Source of the DNA: Ruditapes philippinarum
Taxonomy: Eukaryota
Length of the DNA stretch: 64,000 nucleotides
Direction: 5' to 3'
NCBI RefSeq assembly: GCF_026571515.1
Contig: NW_026855127.1
Location: 372,001-436,000 of the forward strand
Positions 1-12,195 of the stretch are shown piece by piece (position 1 is the stretch's first letter; each line of letters starts with the position of its first letter). The position numbers and the translations under genes are program-made. The notes below the pieces were generated by a model that had not been told where the DNA came from, did no database searches, and saw nothing but the letters and a program-made list of their open reading frames with translations.

Positions 1-876
1 GTCAAAAATAAAACCAAGAACAAATTGTTAAGCACAGACAGTAGATATACATGTATATTTTTAAACACTTTAAAATGTTTATGAGGAAAAATTGACAATT
101 ATATCAGTAGTAAACCTTTGATTGCATTTATCAATACATTTGTTTATATCTGTATGTATTTCTAGTTATTTAATGCATTTAACCATAAAGTGTATAATCT
201 CAAGAATAAGTTATGTATTTATCTTCTTATCTGTGTGACCATACCATGTGATGTCTTGTAATAAGTGTGACAATGACTCAAAGTCTATTGACGTACAATA
301 CCTTTATAATTATTCATATTTTCACGATATCTGCAACATAGGAAAATGAATAAAAAGCCAGCAATTCTTTAACAACATAAACACATTTATTTATCTCATA
401 TCAAACAACGCCCTGATTTTGTCCAAAACAAATTTTTTAAACAGCATGGAAATATAGGTATGTAATGTGTCATTTAATAAACTGTCATAATAAACAAAAA
501 ATAACACTTAAAGATACGAAATATACAAAAAATACAGTTTTATAATTCTTAAATGATATAAAAACTAAAACAAAAATATTGACAAAAATGCACAATCACG
601 AATGAATAAACTAACGAAAACTAATGTTTGAAATATTTTTGTCCAAATCAATTACAGTATTTGCAATGAATCGAAACGCATTTTCTTTGGTGATTTGGTA
701 AACTATTAATCAGTGATTATAAAACAAATACCTACACCGAATTCGAAACTGTACTTTGTAGAAAAGAGCGATTTGTCTTGAACGTCTGCCTCATTATATG
801 TGAACAATCTCCAACAGTGTCCTACTAGGTTATTAGACAGTATGAATGCATTGGCCTGAGAAATCTATGTAATCGT

Positions 877-888
877 AGTGACGTCACT
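877..888. promoter_or_regulatory. CRE-like palindrome AGTGACGTCACT downstream of gene copy 1 (also 9971-9982)
   Basis: Full TGACGTCA consensus at the paralogous position in units A and B; GTGACGTCAC at 24646-24655 near copy 3. Confidence 0.3.
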
Positions 889-1249
889 CAAAGTGTTTTA
901 AAAGAAAAGATTTAGATACCAGTTGAATATGTTCCTGTTATTCCCTTGAGATAGCCTCGTTGTTCGTGGAGTTTTTGTCTGTTGCTTCATTTTGTTTCGG
1001 ATCTATTGTAATAAAAATAGTCAGTTATATTACGTGCATTGACCGTATCTGCCGATTCTCATTATGTTAACTGTTTCTTATTGTTGAACCTGTTTCTGCA
1101 AATATTGATAAATTGTATATTCTCAAAGTTGTTCACAATAATAAACTGGAACCCACACGTTTGTGACGTGACAAAAGTTAACGCCATAGATAGACACAGT
1201 CACTGTCACTCACACAATAATAAAATATTTTTAACAAGTTACATATTAA

Positions 1250-1474
1250 TTACATCCTCCTTGGAAACCGCACGTCCATCTTGAAGTTCACTGATACATT
1301 CCCAATTCTTCCGTCGGCTTTTCCGGTCTCAGTTTGTAGGTTTACACATCTTGCTTGGAGGTGGCTCCAACAATCCATACCTGCCACTGAACAATCAGCA
1401 AATATGTTACTAATAGAACCTTCAACAACGAAACGCCAGTTTACGCAATTCAAAGTTGGTAAAACAATAGCCAT
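1250..1474 (-). CDS. Small 74-aa protein of unrecognised family, copy 1 (MAIVLP...FPRRM)
   Basis: ATG in strong context (AAAGATATGG), TAA stop, TATATAA ~127 bp upstream. Same length, start and stop in three paralogous copies (65-76% aa identity) with no indels or stops, while the flanks carry many indels. Confidence 0.75.
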   Translation of the reverse strand: MAIVLPTLNCVNWRFVVEGSISNIFADCSVAGMDCWSHLQARCVNLQTETGKADGRIGNVSVNFKMDVRFPRRM

Positions 1475-1600
1475 ATCTTTCCTTTGATCAGTAATATCTT
1501 CTCTTACGAAGTCGTCTAAACCGGCTTGATCTTCTTAATTGTCTTCGAGTGCAAGGACTTATTGACAATTCTGTTTGTCTTGTTGTTGTTTCTTTTTGCC

Positions 1601-1608
1601 TTATATAG
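1601..1608 (-). promoter_or_regulatory. TATA box (CTATATAA) of gene copy 1
   Basis: Same motif at the equivalent position in all three copies. Confidence 0.65.
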
Positions 1609-1683
1609 TAATGTTATCTCTGCAGGAGACCAGTATTGACTAAACGTGTGATAGTTTCATAGGAGTCAGTTTACTAAATGTGA

Positions 1684-2587
1684 CAAGCTCAGCGATTTTT
1701 GGCCCGAATGTGATATCTGGGCGAAAATGAGTTATGACTAGTTTGTGGTAGAACAACATCTGCTGAATAGCTGGCAACATTTTTTTTTTAAATACTTGAT
1801 ATTTTATGAAATATTCTAATTTGTATGACATCACCATAACAACAAAAAATAACAATTTAAACTTTTATTGGTATATATAAGGTAGAAATAATTCCACAGT
1901 TATACACAATAAACAAAACATAAAGTTATCATTCATCTTGGTGTAATAAATGTAATATCTTGATATAAAAACTATCATATGTTTTCAATAATCGGTTGCC
2001 ATGGCAACAAAAAAATCATCAAATGCAATATTTTTGCATTTAACATGATTAATTCATCACCAAATTAATGCATATATTATTTTAAAAGACAACACTATTT
2101 AAGACTTTTCAAAAGCAATTAAGATGAAACTGTTTAGCAAAAAGTCATTTTAATTAGGTTATATTTCATTACATTTCAATATCATTTTTTTTCAGCAAAA
2201 TTTGCATTCAAATGGAACGCCGTCGATCATTTCATTCTGAACACAGACAATATGGAATAGACGTTGGCATTTTTCACATTCAATAAACTCCTCAGTGTAC
2301 TGAGATTCGCAGGTATAACAAATACCTGCCTTGATTTCAACGGCGTCATCGCTGTCAGACTCTAGCTGCTTTTGAAGAGACGCCTGTGCTTTTTGTTTAC
2401 GCTTCTGCATCAAAGCTCGTTGCCACTCTAATCGTATTTTCTTCTTAAGCTTCATTTGTACATCTCGTTGGATTTTCTTTTTCAAACGCTCTTCTTTTCT
2501 CTTTTGCTTTTCTCTTTCCTCTAGCTCTTTCTCTCTTTTTTTTCTTAACGCATCTTCCTATAGGCTACCCCAGTAATTGCTTTTAGG
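1684..2587 (-). mobile_element. 3' remnant of a DNA transposon (pogo/Tc1-mariner-like) inserted in the promoter of gene copy 1
   Basis: Absent from the paralogous positions in units B and D, where it replaces ~220 bp (10788-11005). Carries a degenerate transposase-type C-terminus. Confidence 0.6.
2192..2587 (-). pseudogene. Truncated transposase C-terminus: K/E-rich coiled coil plus PHD-type Cys4-His-Cys3 finger
   Basis: CYTC...CEKC...FHIVC...CKFC*, preceded in frame by EDALRKKREKELEEREKQKRKEERL and, after a frameshift, an AITG-like motif. This tail architecture is typical of pogo-like DDE transposases; no DDE core is present. Confidence 0.6.
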
Positions 2588-5500
2588 AATTATGGTTGGG
2601 TTTTTCTGGGTTTTTTTTAAATATTACTTTATCTAGCTATTGCTAAAAGTATACGTGTCACCTGTTGACTCCCAGCACATTTAACTTCTGTGTGCATACG
2701 GTCACAAGGTCCAAATTATTCTAAAAAGGTTTAAACAGGTTATATGACCCATTATAAACAGTTGTAAGAGTTTATGACAAGAGCAGCTAACTGTGTTTGA
2801 AGTCGAATTTCATTGGCCAATCATTAAGTTTTGAATCATCTCTAAAAATTGTTAGTTTGGTTAGAGGATAGTTATAGAAAAGGTCATTTGGACGAGTAAC
2901 ACCTATTTGTCAATGATTCCTTTTTAACCAGAATGAGCTTCTTGAGAACACTTTTTGTATTACTTGTAGCGGTTGTATCACCTGAAGTGAGAAATAATGT
3001 GTCATATGGTAGGCTATACAAGATAGTAAATAATTAATATAATTGTAACCAAAATGCAAGAGACACAGAAAGAGGTTCAGTTATATGGCAAATGAGTAAC
3101 GTTTCGGAAACAGCAAATGACACAAAAAAAATGAATATATATATTTATATATGTGTGTATTCGTATATACACTGTATCAGCATTTTTAAGGCTTACAGGG
3201 CTTTTAATAAGTCCGATATACAAACATTTATAATTCCTTGTCAAGGCATTAAAAATAAAGATGATCAATTTATTTTATATAGTAAACTTATGGGGAGGGA
3301 GTGTTGTTGTGTGCATATGTGCGTGTGTGTGTTTTGAGTAATGTTTTTGTTTGTTTTGTTTTTTTATGTTTTGTCCAACAATATTTTGTGCACGTAGTCG
3401 CATCTAAATTGTAGCTCATTTTACCTCCCCATGTTTGTTTTGAAGAAAGTTAGACCCCCTAAAGACAACCCTGATATTCTGGAGTGTTTTGAAGGATGCC
3501 TAAATAATAGCACACCGTGTGTGGCTTGAACATGAATTTTAACCTTTGTTTTAGACCAACACTGATTAAGAAGGAAGGGATGAAAAGATAAAAGGGTTGC
3601 TTAAGGAAATGCTAGTTTCCAGTCAGTATAAATCAATTGTATATATTATCATACTTGGGGACCTTTCTCCGATATCAATGGAATGGCAATAAATGCCTCA
3701 TTGATTACCGCCGTATAAACACGCAGATCGCTACTTTATTTCCCATTTGAATTTGTTGTACCTTTTTTAAAGGAATATTCATCTTAAAGCCATATATTAG
3801 TAGGAACGTTCGTACTATTCTCATAAAGCCTGCGGTAGGGCAATCCTTGCGCCAAACCATCTGGTTGCTTCGTATTCGTTGGGTGCTTCTCATGAAACAG
3901 GACCTGCGTTTAAATATATTCTCTCATTTTTCTGGCTCTTGTTGCGAGAGAGATATATGTCAGATAAATATTTCCTCATATTTCACTATCTTTATTTGAT
4001 TTTGAAATAAATGAAATTGTGTTAGAAAAGGTTCCAATTTTCTGTCGGAATTACAGTGCTCGATACCTGATTGAAAGATCCTCGAAGTTACTCAGGCAAA
4101 TTAATGACAAAAATATAAGAATGATTTTATGAACTCAAATCACGCTGAAATGACATTTTATTACAGTCCCAGCATGAATTTCTGTATAAATTCTATATAT
4201 CTGGACACCAACTGAATCACCGAGTAGTTTTAAAACAAGTCATGTAACTTGAACAAACCCTGGAAGTTACAATAACAGATATTATGGATATTGTATGATT
4301 GAAACAAGTCTAAGTCATTTATTTGACATGTTCTTTAACGTTTCCAGAGTTCACTTTGACAACAATTGTGAAATCGTAACGATCTGACCTGACCCACGTG
4401 GGTCAAGTTAGGAAACCACCATTTTATTCTTTACAAGGAGACAAGTTTTGTTCCTGTGATTGCCTAGTGTATTTGTTTTGAGGATATTTACAGAATAATC
4501 AATGAAAAACACAAAACGAAGACATGAACATTTTGCCGGTGTCTCCCTTTAAAGCTTGGGTTACGTTCATCGAACGCCGCACTTGTTGATCTTGTTTAAT
4601 ATAGTTTGACTCCAGATGAACCAAAATATTTTAAGAAATTCAAAATTTACAAAAATCTTCTAAAAATGTGAGGTTAGTGAAAAAAAAAGTTTCAAGTTAT
4701 AATGTACTTGTTGTGTGCGAGTAATGACTGATTTTGCCACCGTATTTATACTGCGTAAGTAACGCAGTAAGGGCTATTTTAGCATAATTTGACCTGTTTG
4801 GTAATTTACTTGGATTGTGAGTGACATTTGAAATTTGTAAATTACTTTCTTTGTTCACGTCACAATATTAACTTTTGAATTCCCTTTCAAACCTAATGAA
4901 AATTAGAATTTACATGGAGGCATGCAGCTTTAAATAATACTGTAAAGTGTCTAGAATACAAAACACGAAGGGACATCTGAGGTTTGTGTGACAGGATAAC
5001 CCCACCAAAGAGATATATCGTGCTATAACCGTGTGTTTTGATGTTCTTTTCCATTTGTAAAATAGGCAAAATTAAAAACACGTTCCTTGTTGTCACAATA
5101 TGAGACCAAAGAAAAATGTAACCGATGAACGATCACTGAATGTGTTTCCTTTATATGTCGTCACACAGAGTACCCCCCCCCCCCCCCCCCCAAAAAAAAA
5201 AAAAATAACCAACAACAAAAAACAATCATTCAAAAGTATGCTCTGGAGTGCGGTTGCCTTATACCTGCAGTACAGTTACCGCACCGTGTATGTATGTGTA
5301 TACGATTTAACTCTGACACATTTTCAACAGAAAGGTCCCCAAACTATGATACAATTAGAATAAAAAAGTTTGAGGTTTTAACCGCACCTTTGTAGCCGTT
5401 TGTTTTCATTCTTATGAAATGTATGGTCAATAAAGATATCGTATATGTATGTATTATTGTAACAATATATACTGAAAAAAGACCAATACTGAGTACAAAA

Positions 5501-6069
5501 GTAAAGTAACGGAACTCGATAATACAGATAGTTCATGTGGTACTAAAAGGTTACATATTTATCACATAAGATATCACAAGTTGTAATGTAATAGCACGTG
5601 GGGTAAGTATTTTCGTGTGAGTTTGATTTTTATTTTTTAGGTACAGCTCATGTTATTCAGTGCACGGCTCTGCACCTATTTCGCGAAATCAAAGATATAA
5701 GTTCACTTAGTATGTATGTACATAATGTTTGCTTCGAAAGTTCACAAGTACAAACAAGAAGTATCTTTAAAAAAGATACTCGGTCGAGGTAAATCAGTTC
5801 TTACTTGCATAGATTATTTCGGGATTTCGTATATTTATTTCAAGAAATGCAAGCTCAGTTCGTGCTTAACAATTGCAGTAAATACTTGATATTTTAGAAT
5901 GGCAAGAAATATCCTTTGCATTTTATTTTAGAATGGCCAACGAGATTGACTAATTTTTGACGGCTTTCGTCCAAAAGCAAAAATAGTTGTTATGAAATGG
6001 GACAAAAAGATATTCTATTACATACAGTATTATGTTTGCTATAATGCATTTTTGTCATTAAGATCTAAG

Positions 6070-6232
6070 GATAGCTGGCTGTGTGGGTTCAAACCCCTTA
6101 AAGGGCAACAGCAAGAAACTTTACAGTGATTTAGTACTTTTTGGTCCCATGAATGAATTCGAGAGTGTTTCAATTAGAATACAAGATCCAACAGGATCGA
6201 ACTACAATAAATTCTATATAAACTAAACTAAG
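6070..6232 (+). mobile_element. Degenerate tRNA-derived (CORE-type) SINE fragment
   Basis: GGTTCAAACCC B-box, GCAAGAAACTTTACA core and AAACT-repeat tail; related to the SINE at 28900-29093. Confidence 0.55.
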
Positions 6233-9168
6233 TAATTCAAAGGATATTCCCGGCAAAAAATTATTGTTTTAATGTATAAATAGCCGCAGTTGTTTTGTTT
6301 TGTTTTTGTTGTTGTTGTTGTTGTTGTTGTTGTTTTGTGGGTTTTATTTACCTACTGTTTATTTTTATAAAACTGCATGCAAGGTTTGCTTTAGCTAGTG
6401 TATTTTACTTTGAAATGGATCTTCGTTATTTTTCCTAGGAGTCAAATTTATGAAAATATACCATGGCAATTTTTCAACTGAAAACTTATTAATAAAATTT
6501 TTGAAAAAGCCTATGAAATTTTATTCTAAGACAGGTTTAGAAAGTATTGGTTTTAAATTGAAAGTTCGCATTTTTTCATCATGGCAAATTACTAATGAGT
6601 GTAGGACTTAAAAATCGCTATTTACTGAAATTGAATTTATGCAAATGGCGAATGCAATATGATGGGAAAAAATTGTCGAAAGCCAATTAAACAAGTTTAC
6701 AAAGTAACAAAACTTATTCTTTTACTTTTTGTACATAATTTTAGTTTCTTATCTTAGATTACAAATATTTTCAAATATATCCTACTTAAGGTACCCCCCC
6801 CCCCCCCATTTATTATGTCAGTATTCGAATAGGCTAGAATTACTGTCAACTGCATTGGAATTGTTGGTCATGGGTTCAAACTCCATTATATCATCTTTTG
6901 TTCTTCTTTCTTTTTTTTCTTTTAATATTATTTATATATCTCTAAGATCTTTAAATAAAAAAGAAAAAAATGTCTAATTTTTATGATTACATAATTAATA
7001 TAAATGTAGGTATTATTGGCCAAATAATGCATAACTAAAAATACAGCTCGTTCTCTCTTTTATGCATATAAGATGTTTCTAAAAAAATCTGTATGGTTTA
7101 CTCTAGTCCCTGGTCTGTCATTAAGCACTAAAGTTAAAACTTCAATTATTTAGCGAAGAAGAGGTCATCACATTGTAAGAGGTCTTCCAAAAGATCATTG
7201 AGTGCGATGTGTTGTTTTCAAAATTTGAAATGCACTGTAACAAACACTGTATATCTTTATTGCAAAAAGTACAGTTTTATTTTCTTTTTCGGATGCTGTG
7301 AAATAAATTATGATGTCGTCGCAAGACACCCCTACCAAACTTGCAAGACTTCAAAAACTTCTCTATGGTGACCTATGTCTAAAATACCAGGACAATGCCA
7401 AAAGATTTACATGTGTACAAAATGATATAAAAAAACGAAAAGATTTACTTTTCTCTCTGTTCTCCACGATTTCCCGCTATTTCGGATTTTTATATATAAT
7501 CTTTTAATTAAGATATATACGTGAAAAAAAATGTAAATCTACTCTATAAAAGTTTTTTATATATAATACGTATTCCCTTATCTAGTATGTTCTGAATATT
7601 GATTTATTTAAGATAAACCTTAAAGTTCGCAAAAGGATAATTATTCTATAGGACTCGTCTTTCGTTCTCATCCTTTTTTCATTATGTAAATTTTTTTTGT
7701 TTGTTTGTTGTTTGTTTATTTGTTTGTACGTTATAGTTTTTTTTGGGAATGTTTAACCTAAAGGATTGGTTTTACATCGATGTTATTGTTATAATATAAT
7801 ATTGTTGACATATTATGGTAAGGTAAAAAGTGTAAAATCAGTATTTGTAGATACTGAAGACACATTATGCCTGAAAAATAACTAAATGTTTCCTTCTAAA
7901 GAAAGGGAAGGCATTAGTTTTATTACCTTTGAAAATTTTTTAGAGCATGTTAGATGCTTACCGCCTGAATAAAAGAAGCGCTGAATGTGAAATAATTTGT
8001 CATAAAAGTAGCAAAATGTAAACAAAGTATTATTATTTTCATTGCGAAATACCAAATCAGTATAACTTTACTACTAGTAATAGCAAAAAAGCAATAGAAG
8101 ATTGAGATGGTTCTGGTATTTAACCAATGAGTAACTTTAAAAGCTATAAAGCAGTATCTTCTTTGGAAATGTTTTTATAAAATGCACAAAAGGTAAAATA
8201 ATGTTGTTTCCATAACCTTATGGTAAATTGTCGGAAGATTTGTAACAAGTATGTCTCTTCAATGTAACACGCATGGATTTTGTACGTAATCAGAATAAAA
8301 TATTTCGGAACAAAATATAATACCACTATCTTAACTAGGGTATTAACTGTTTAGCAATTATTTCGCGCATGTACCACAGCTGTTAGTGTTGGAATTTTTC
8401 TTCTATATAGGTACATGTTTGTTGGAATTATTATTTGTCAAAAATGAAACCAAAAAAAATTTGTTAAGCACAGACAGTAGATATACATGTAAAATTTTAA
8501 ACACTTTAAAATGTTTATGAGGGAAAATTGACAATTATATCAGTAGTGAAAAATTTGATTGCATTTATCAATACATTTTGTATATATCTGTATATGTTTT
8601 TAAAGTTATTCAATGCATTTAACCATAGAGTGTATAATCTAAAGAATAAGTTATGTATTTTATAAGTCTTATCTGTGTGACCATACCATGCGATTCTATT
8701 GTTGTAATAAGTGTGACAATGACTCAAAGTCTTTGGACGTATTATACCTTTATAATTATTCATACTTTCACGATATCTGCAACATAGGAAAATGAATAAA
8801 AAGCCGGCAATTCTTTAACAACATAAACACATTTATTTATCTCATATCAAACAACGACGGAATATAAAGCCCTGATTTTGTCCAAAACAATAACTTTTAA
8901 ACAGCATGGAAATATAGGTATGTAATGTGTCATTTAATTAATTGTCATAATAATAAAAAAAACTTAAAGATAAGAAATATACAAAAAATACAGTTTTATA
9001 ATTCTTAAATGATATAAAGACCAAAACAAAATTATTGACAAAAATGTACGAATCACGAATGAATAAAACTAATGAAAACTAATGTTTGAAACTATTTTTG
9101 TCCAAATCAATTACAGTATTTGCAATGAATCGAAACGCATTTTCTTTGGTGATTTCGTAAACTATTAA

Positions 9169-9521
9169 AGATCCTGTATGTTTTGTAATTGAGATTGCAT
9201 ACCACTCTTCATTGAATTATATATGTATGTAATTATGCAAATTTGTCAATTTTCAAACATGGAAGAATATGTAAAATATGTATTGCAAATATTTGTACAT
9301 ATTTAAGGTAATCATTAAATTATATGCATTCATTTCTTATTGGAAAGATTGACTTAGAATTTATAGAAAACTAAATTCTAATTACCTCCCTTTATTTACA
9401 TGAAATATTAAATTCGGTAATATCTTTATAGATGTTTTTTGAAACTTACAATATCGATAAATCTTAATTTGAGCATCATAATTTGTATATAAAACCATAA
9501 AAATAATGCGTTACAGGATCT
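9169..9521. mobile_element. Non-autonomous DNA transposon, Kolobok-like MITE
   Basis: TIR AGATCCTGTA/TACAGGATCT, TTAA on both sides (9165-9168, 9522-9525); empty site with a single TTAA at ~706 in unit A. Confidence 0.88.
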
Positions 9522-10369
9522 TTAAACAGTGTGATTAACCAATTTCGCCGCTCTGGACCAATTTTATCCTGGAATAGCTTACATAATAATGAACACTTAT
9601 CTATATGTAAAGTCTCAAGTTAACATATAATGAACTTCTTCTACACCGATAATTCAAGATTTTACAACATTACAAAGTTCATTTGAATAACAATTATGTA
9701 AAAATCATACCACATCGTAATCACACTATTAATAAATGATATTCATTTAGAATATGAAATTTAAGAAGTATAAAATTTGCTTAATTATTTATCTAAACTC
9801 TGCTGAATAAACCAAACTGAACTTTTCCAACATCAAATTCGGCCCTGTACTTTGTAGAATCGAGCGATTTGTCTTGAAATTCTGCCTCATAATATTTGAA
9901 CAATCTACAACAAATGGTCCTACTAGGTTATTAGACAGTATGAATGCATTGGCTAAATCTATGTAATCGTAGTGACGTCACTCAAAGTGTTTAAAAAGAA
10001 AAGATTCAAATACCAGTTGAACATGTTTCTGTTAATCCCTGAAGAAAGCCTCGTTGTTCTTGGAGTTTTTCTCTGTCGCTTGATTTTTTATTGTTTTTTT
10101 TTTTTGTTTATTGTAATAAAAAAGTCAATTGTATTAAGTGCATTGACCGTGTCTGCCGATTCTCATTTTTTAACTATTTCTTATTGTTGAACCTGTTTAC
10201 TATCTGCAAATATTGATGAATTGTATATTCTCAAAGTTGTTCACAATAATAAACTGGAACACACACATATGTGGCATAACAAAAGTGAACGCCATGAATA
10301 TACAATTTTTCACGACACAGTTACTGTCACTCACACAATTATAAAATCTGTTAACAAATTACATATAAA

Positions 10370-10594
10370 TTACATTTTCCTTGGAAACCATACGTCATTG
10401 TTGATGCTCACTGATACATTTCCAATTCTTCCGTCGGCTTTTCCGGTCCCAGTTTGTAAGTTTATACATCTGTCTTCAAGGTCGCTCCAAGAATCCATAC
10501 CTGCAACTGAACAATCGGCAAATATGCTACTAATAGAACCTTCATGAACGAAACGCCAGTTTACGCCAGTCATAGTTGGTAGAACAACAGCCAT
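10370..10594 (-). CDS. Small 74-aa protein of unrecognised family, copy 2 (MAVVLP...FPRKM)
   Basis: Paralog of copy 1: 56/74 aa identical, 29 nt substitutions in 225, no indels. TATA ~108 bp upstream. Confidence 0.78.
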   Translation of the reverse strand: MAVVLPTMTGVNWRFVHEGSISSIFADCSVAGMDSWSDLEDRCINLQTGTGKADGRIGNVSVSINNDVWFPRKM

Positions 10595-10701
10595 ATCTTT
10601 CCTTTGATCAGTATTATCTTCTCTTACGCAGTCGTCTTAACAAGACAAGTACATGGACTTATTGACAATTCTGTTTTGTATTGTTGTTGTTTCTTTTTGC
10701 C

Positions 10702-10709
10702 TTATATAG
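10702..10709 (-). promoter_or_regulatory. TATA box of gene copy 2
   Basis: CTATATAAGGC on the minus strand upstream of the ORF, conserved position. Confidence 0.65.
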
Positions 10710-11225
10710 TAAAATTATCACAGCAGGAGGCCAGTATTGTTCACTAAACGTGTGATAGTTTCATAGGAGTCAGTTTACTGAATGTGAAATAATCAATTTC
10801 ATCAATATAATTTTAAGAGTAGATTATATTTATTTTTTCTTTTCTTTTCTTTTTCAGGATTGTCGAGCTAACATTTTGTACGAATCCTTATGTTTTCTTG
10901 TTTTCGAAGTATACACGTACTGACAGGATTTTCTTCCTACTGGCCTTGGGCAATACGCTTTTGTATTTAGAATGATTCCTTTGACTGGTCGCCTGAATAT
11001 CTAATGGGAATTATGGTGGGGTTTTTCTTTCTTTTTTAAGTATTACTATGTCTAGCTATTGCTAAAAGTATGCGTTTCACCCGTTGACTCCCAGCACATT
11101 TAACGTCTGTGTGCATACGGTCACAAGATCCAAATTATTATAAAAAGGTTTTAACAGATGACCCATTATAAACAGTTGTAAGCGTTTATTACCAGAGCAG
11201 CTAAATGTTTTTGAAGTCGAATTTC

Positions 11226-11235
11226 ATTGGCCAAT
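11226..11235. promoter_or_regulatory. Palindromic double CCAAT box ATTGGCCAAT (also 2812-2821 and 25597-25606)
   Basis: Invariant 10-bp palindrome in all three gene-bearing units; ~520 bp upstream of the TATA in copies 2 and 3. Confidence 0.4.
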
Positions 11236-11556
11236 CATAACGCTTTAAATCATCTCTAAAAATGGTGTTAGTTTGGTTAGAGTGTAGTTATTTAACAGGT
11301 CATTTGGAAGAGTAAAGCCATTTGTCAATGATTGCTTTTTTCAACCAGAATAAGCTTCTTGAGCACACTATTTGTATTACCTATAGTGGTTGTATCACCT
11401 GTGAGAAATAATGTGTCATATGGTAGCCAATACAAAATAGTAAATGATTATTATAATTGTAGCCAAAATGCAAGAGACACAGAAAATGGTTATATGGCAA
11501 ATGAGTAACGTTTCGGAAAGAGTAAATGACACTTAAAATATTTTGAAAATATTATA

Positions 11557-12195
11557 TGTTATTTTGGTTTTGGAGTGATATATGTGGATATATTACCTGT
11601 TAAGATTTTATATCACCCGAGCCGTTAGGCGAGGGTGATATTTGATCTTGGCAGGTAATATATCCACATATATCACTCCAAAACCAAAATAATAATTTTA
11701 TTACCCTTCCCCTGCCGAGTTTAGACGATTTTTTAAAAAAATCATTGCTGTTTCAAATGAAATGTCGAAATAAGATTCCCTTTAGGGTACCTCTTCGTCA
11801 CAACATGACGTCACATAAATACATGCCGTATTGTTCCCGTACTTAACGAATGTAAACAAGAAAAAAGGAGTAGTCTATTGAACGCACTTGTTTGTAATTA
11901 ATATCAAGCTTTCTCAATGTCATATTTGTTTTTATACTGATGGTAATATGTATCATTACTCTACTTTGGTAAATATTTATCATTTGACAGTAAAAAGTGC
12001 TTTTAAATCGGAATTTACACCGCGTAAAATCGAACCGTACGCGCATCACCTCAGCGCATGTTGTTTACAACGTTGGGTACCAAACGGGGAAATTTAGTGT
12101 GTATATTACCCGTCTGGCTCGGTTATATCAATTTCTTTCGGGTGATCAATATCCAATCAAAAAGGCGGAAAAAATCTGGAAGGGTAATAAATAAT
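11557..12195. mobile_element. Hairpin-headed non-autonomous element (tentatively Crypton-like)
   Basis: Perfect 41-bp outer arms (11559-11599/11652-11692) around CCCGAGCCGTTAGGCGAGGG; second inverted pair TTTATTACCCTTCC (11697)/GGAAGGGTAATAAA (12178); absent at the paralogous site ~3140. Confidence 0.75.

Larger units (their letters stand above)
1..3655. repeat. Segmental repeat unit A (partial, gene-bearing)
   Basis: Colinear with 8437-12680 apart from TE insertions. Confidence 0.9.

Noticed and set aside
1475-1535. N-terminal extension or upstream exon of the 74-aa ORF (GLDDFVREDITDQRKD-like frame)
   Set aside because: In-frame stops occur at different positions in all three copies, there is no polypyrimidine acceptor, and a TATA box lies just upstream; treated as 5' UTR though not fully excluded.
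2192-2485. Standalone host PHD-finger gene
   Set aside because: Non-ATG start, upstream stop and frameshift, located in a unit-specific insertion; fits a transposase tail.
10221-10547. Plus-strand ORFs overlapping the 74-aa gene (also 1281-1487)
   Set aside because: Antisense shadows: start, stop and length are not conserved among copies, and they use non-ATG starts.
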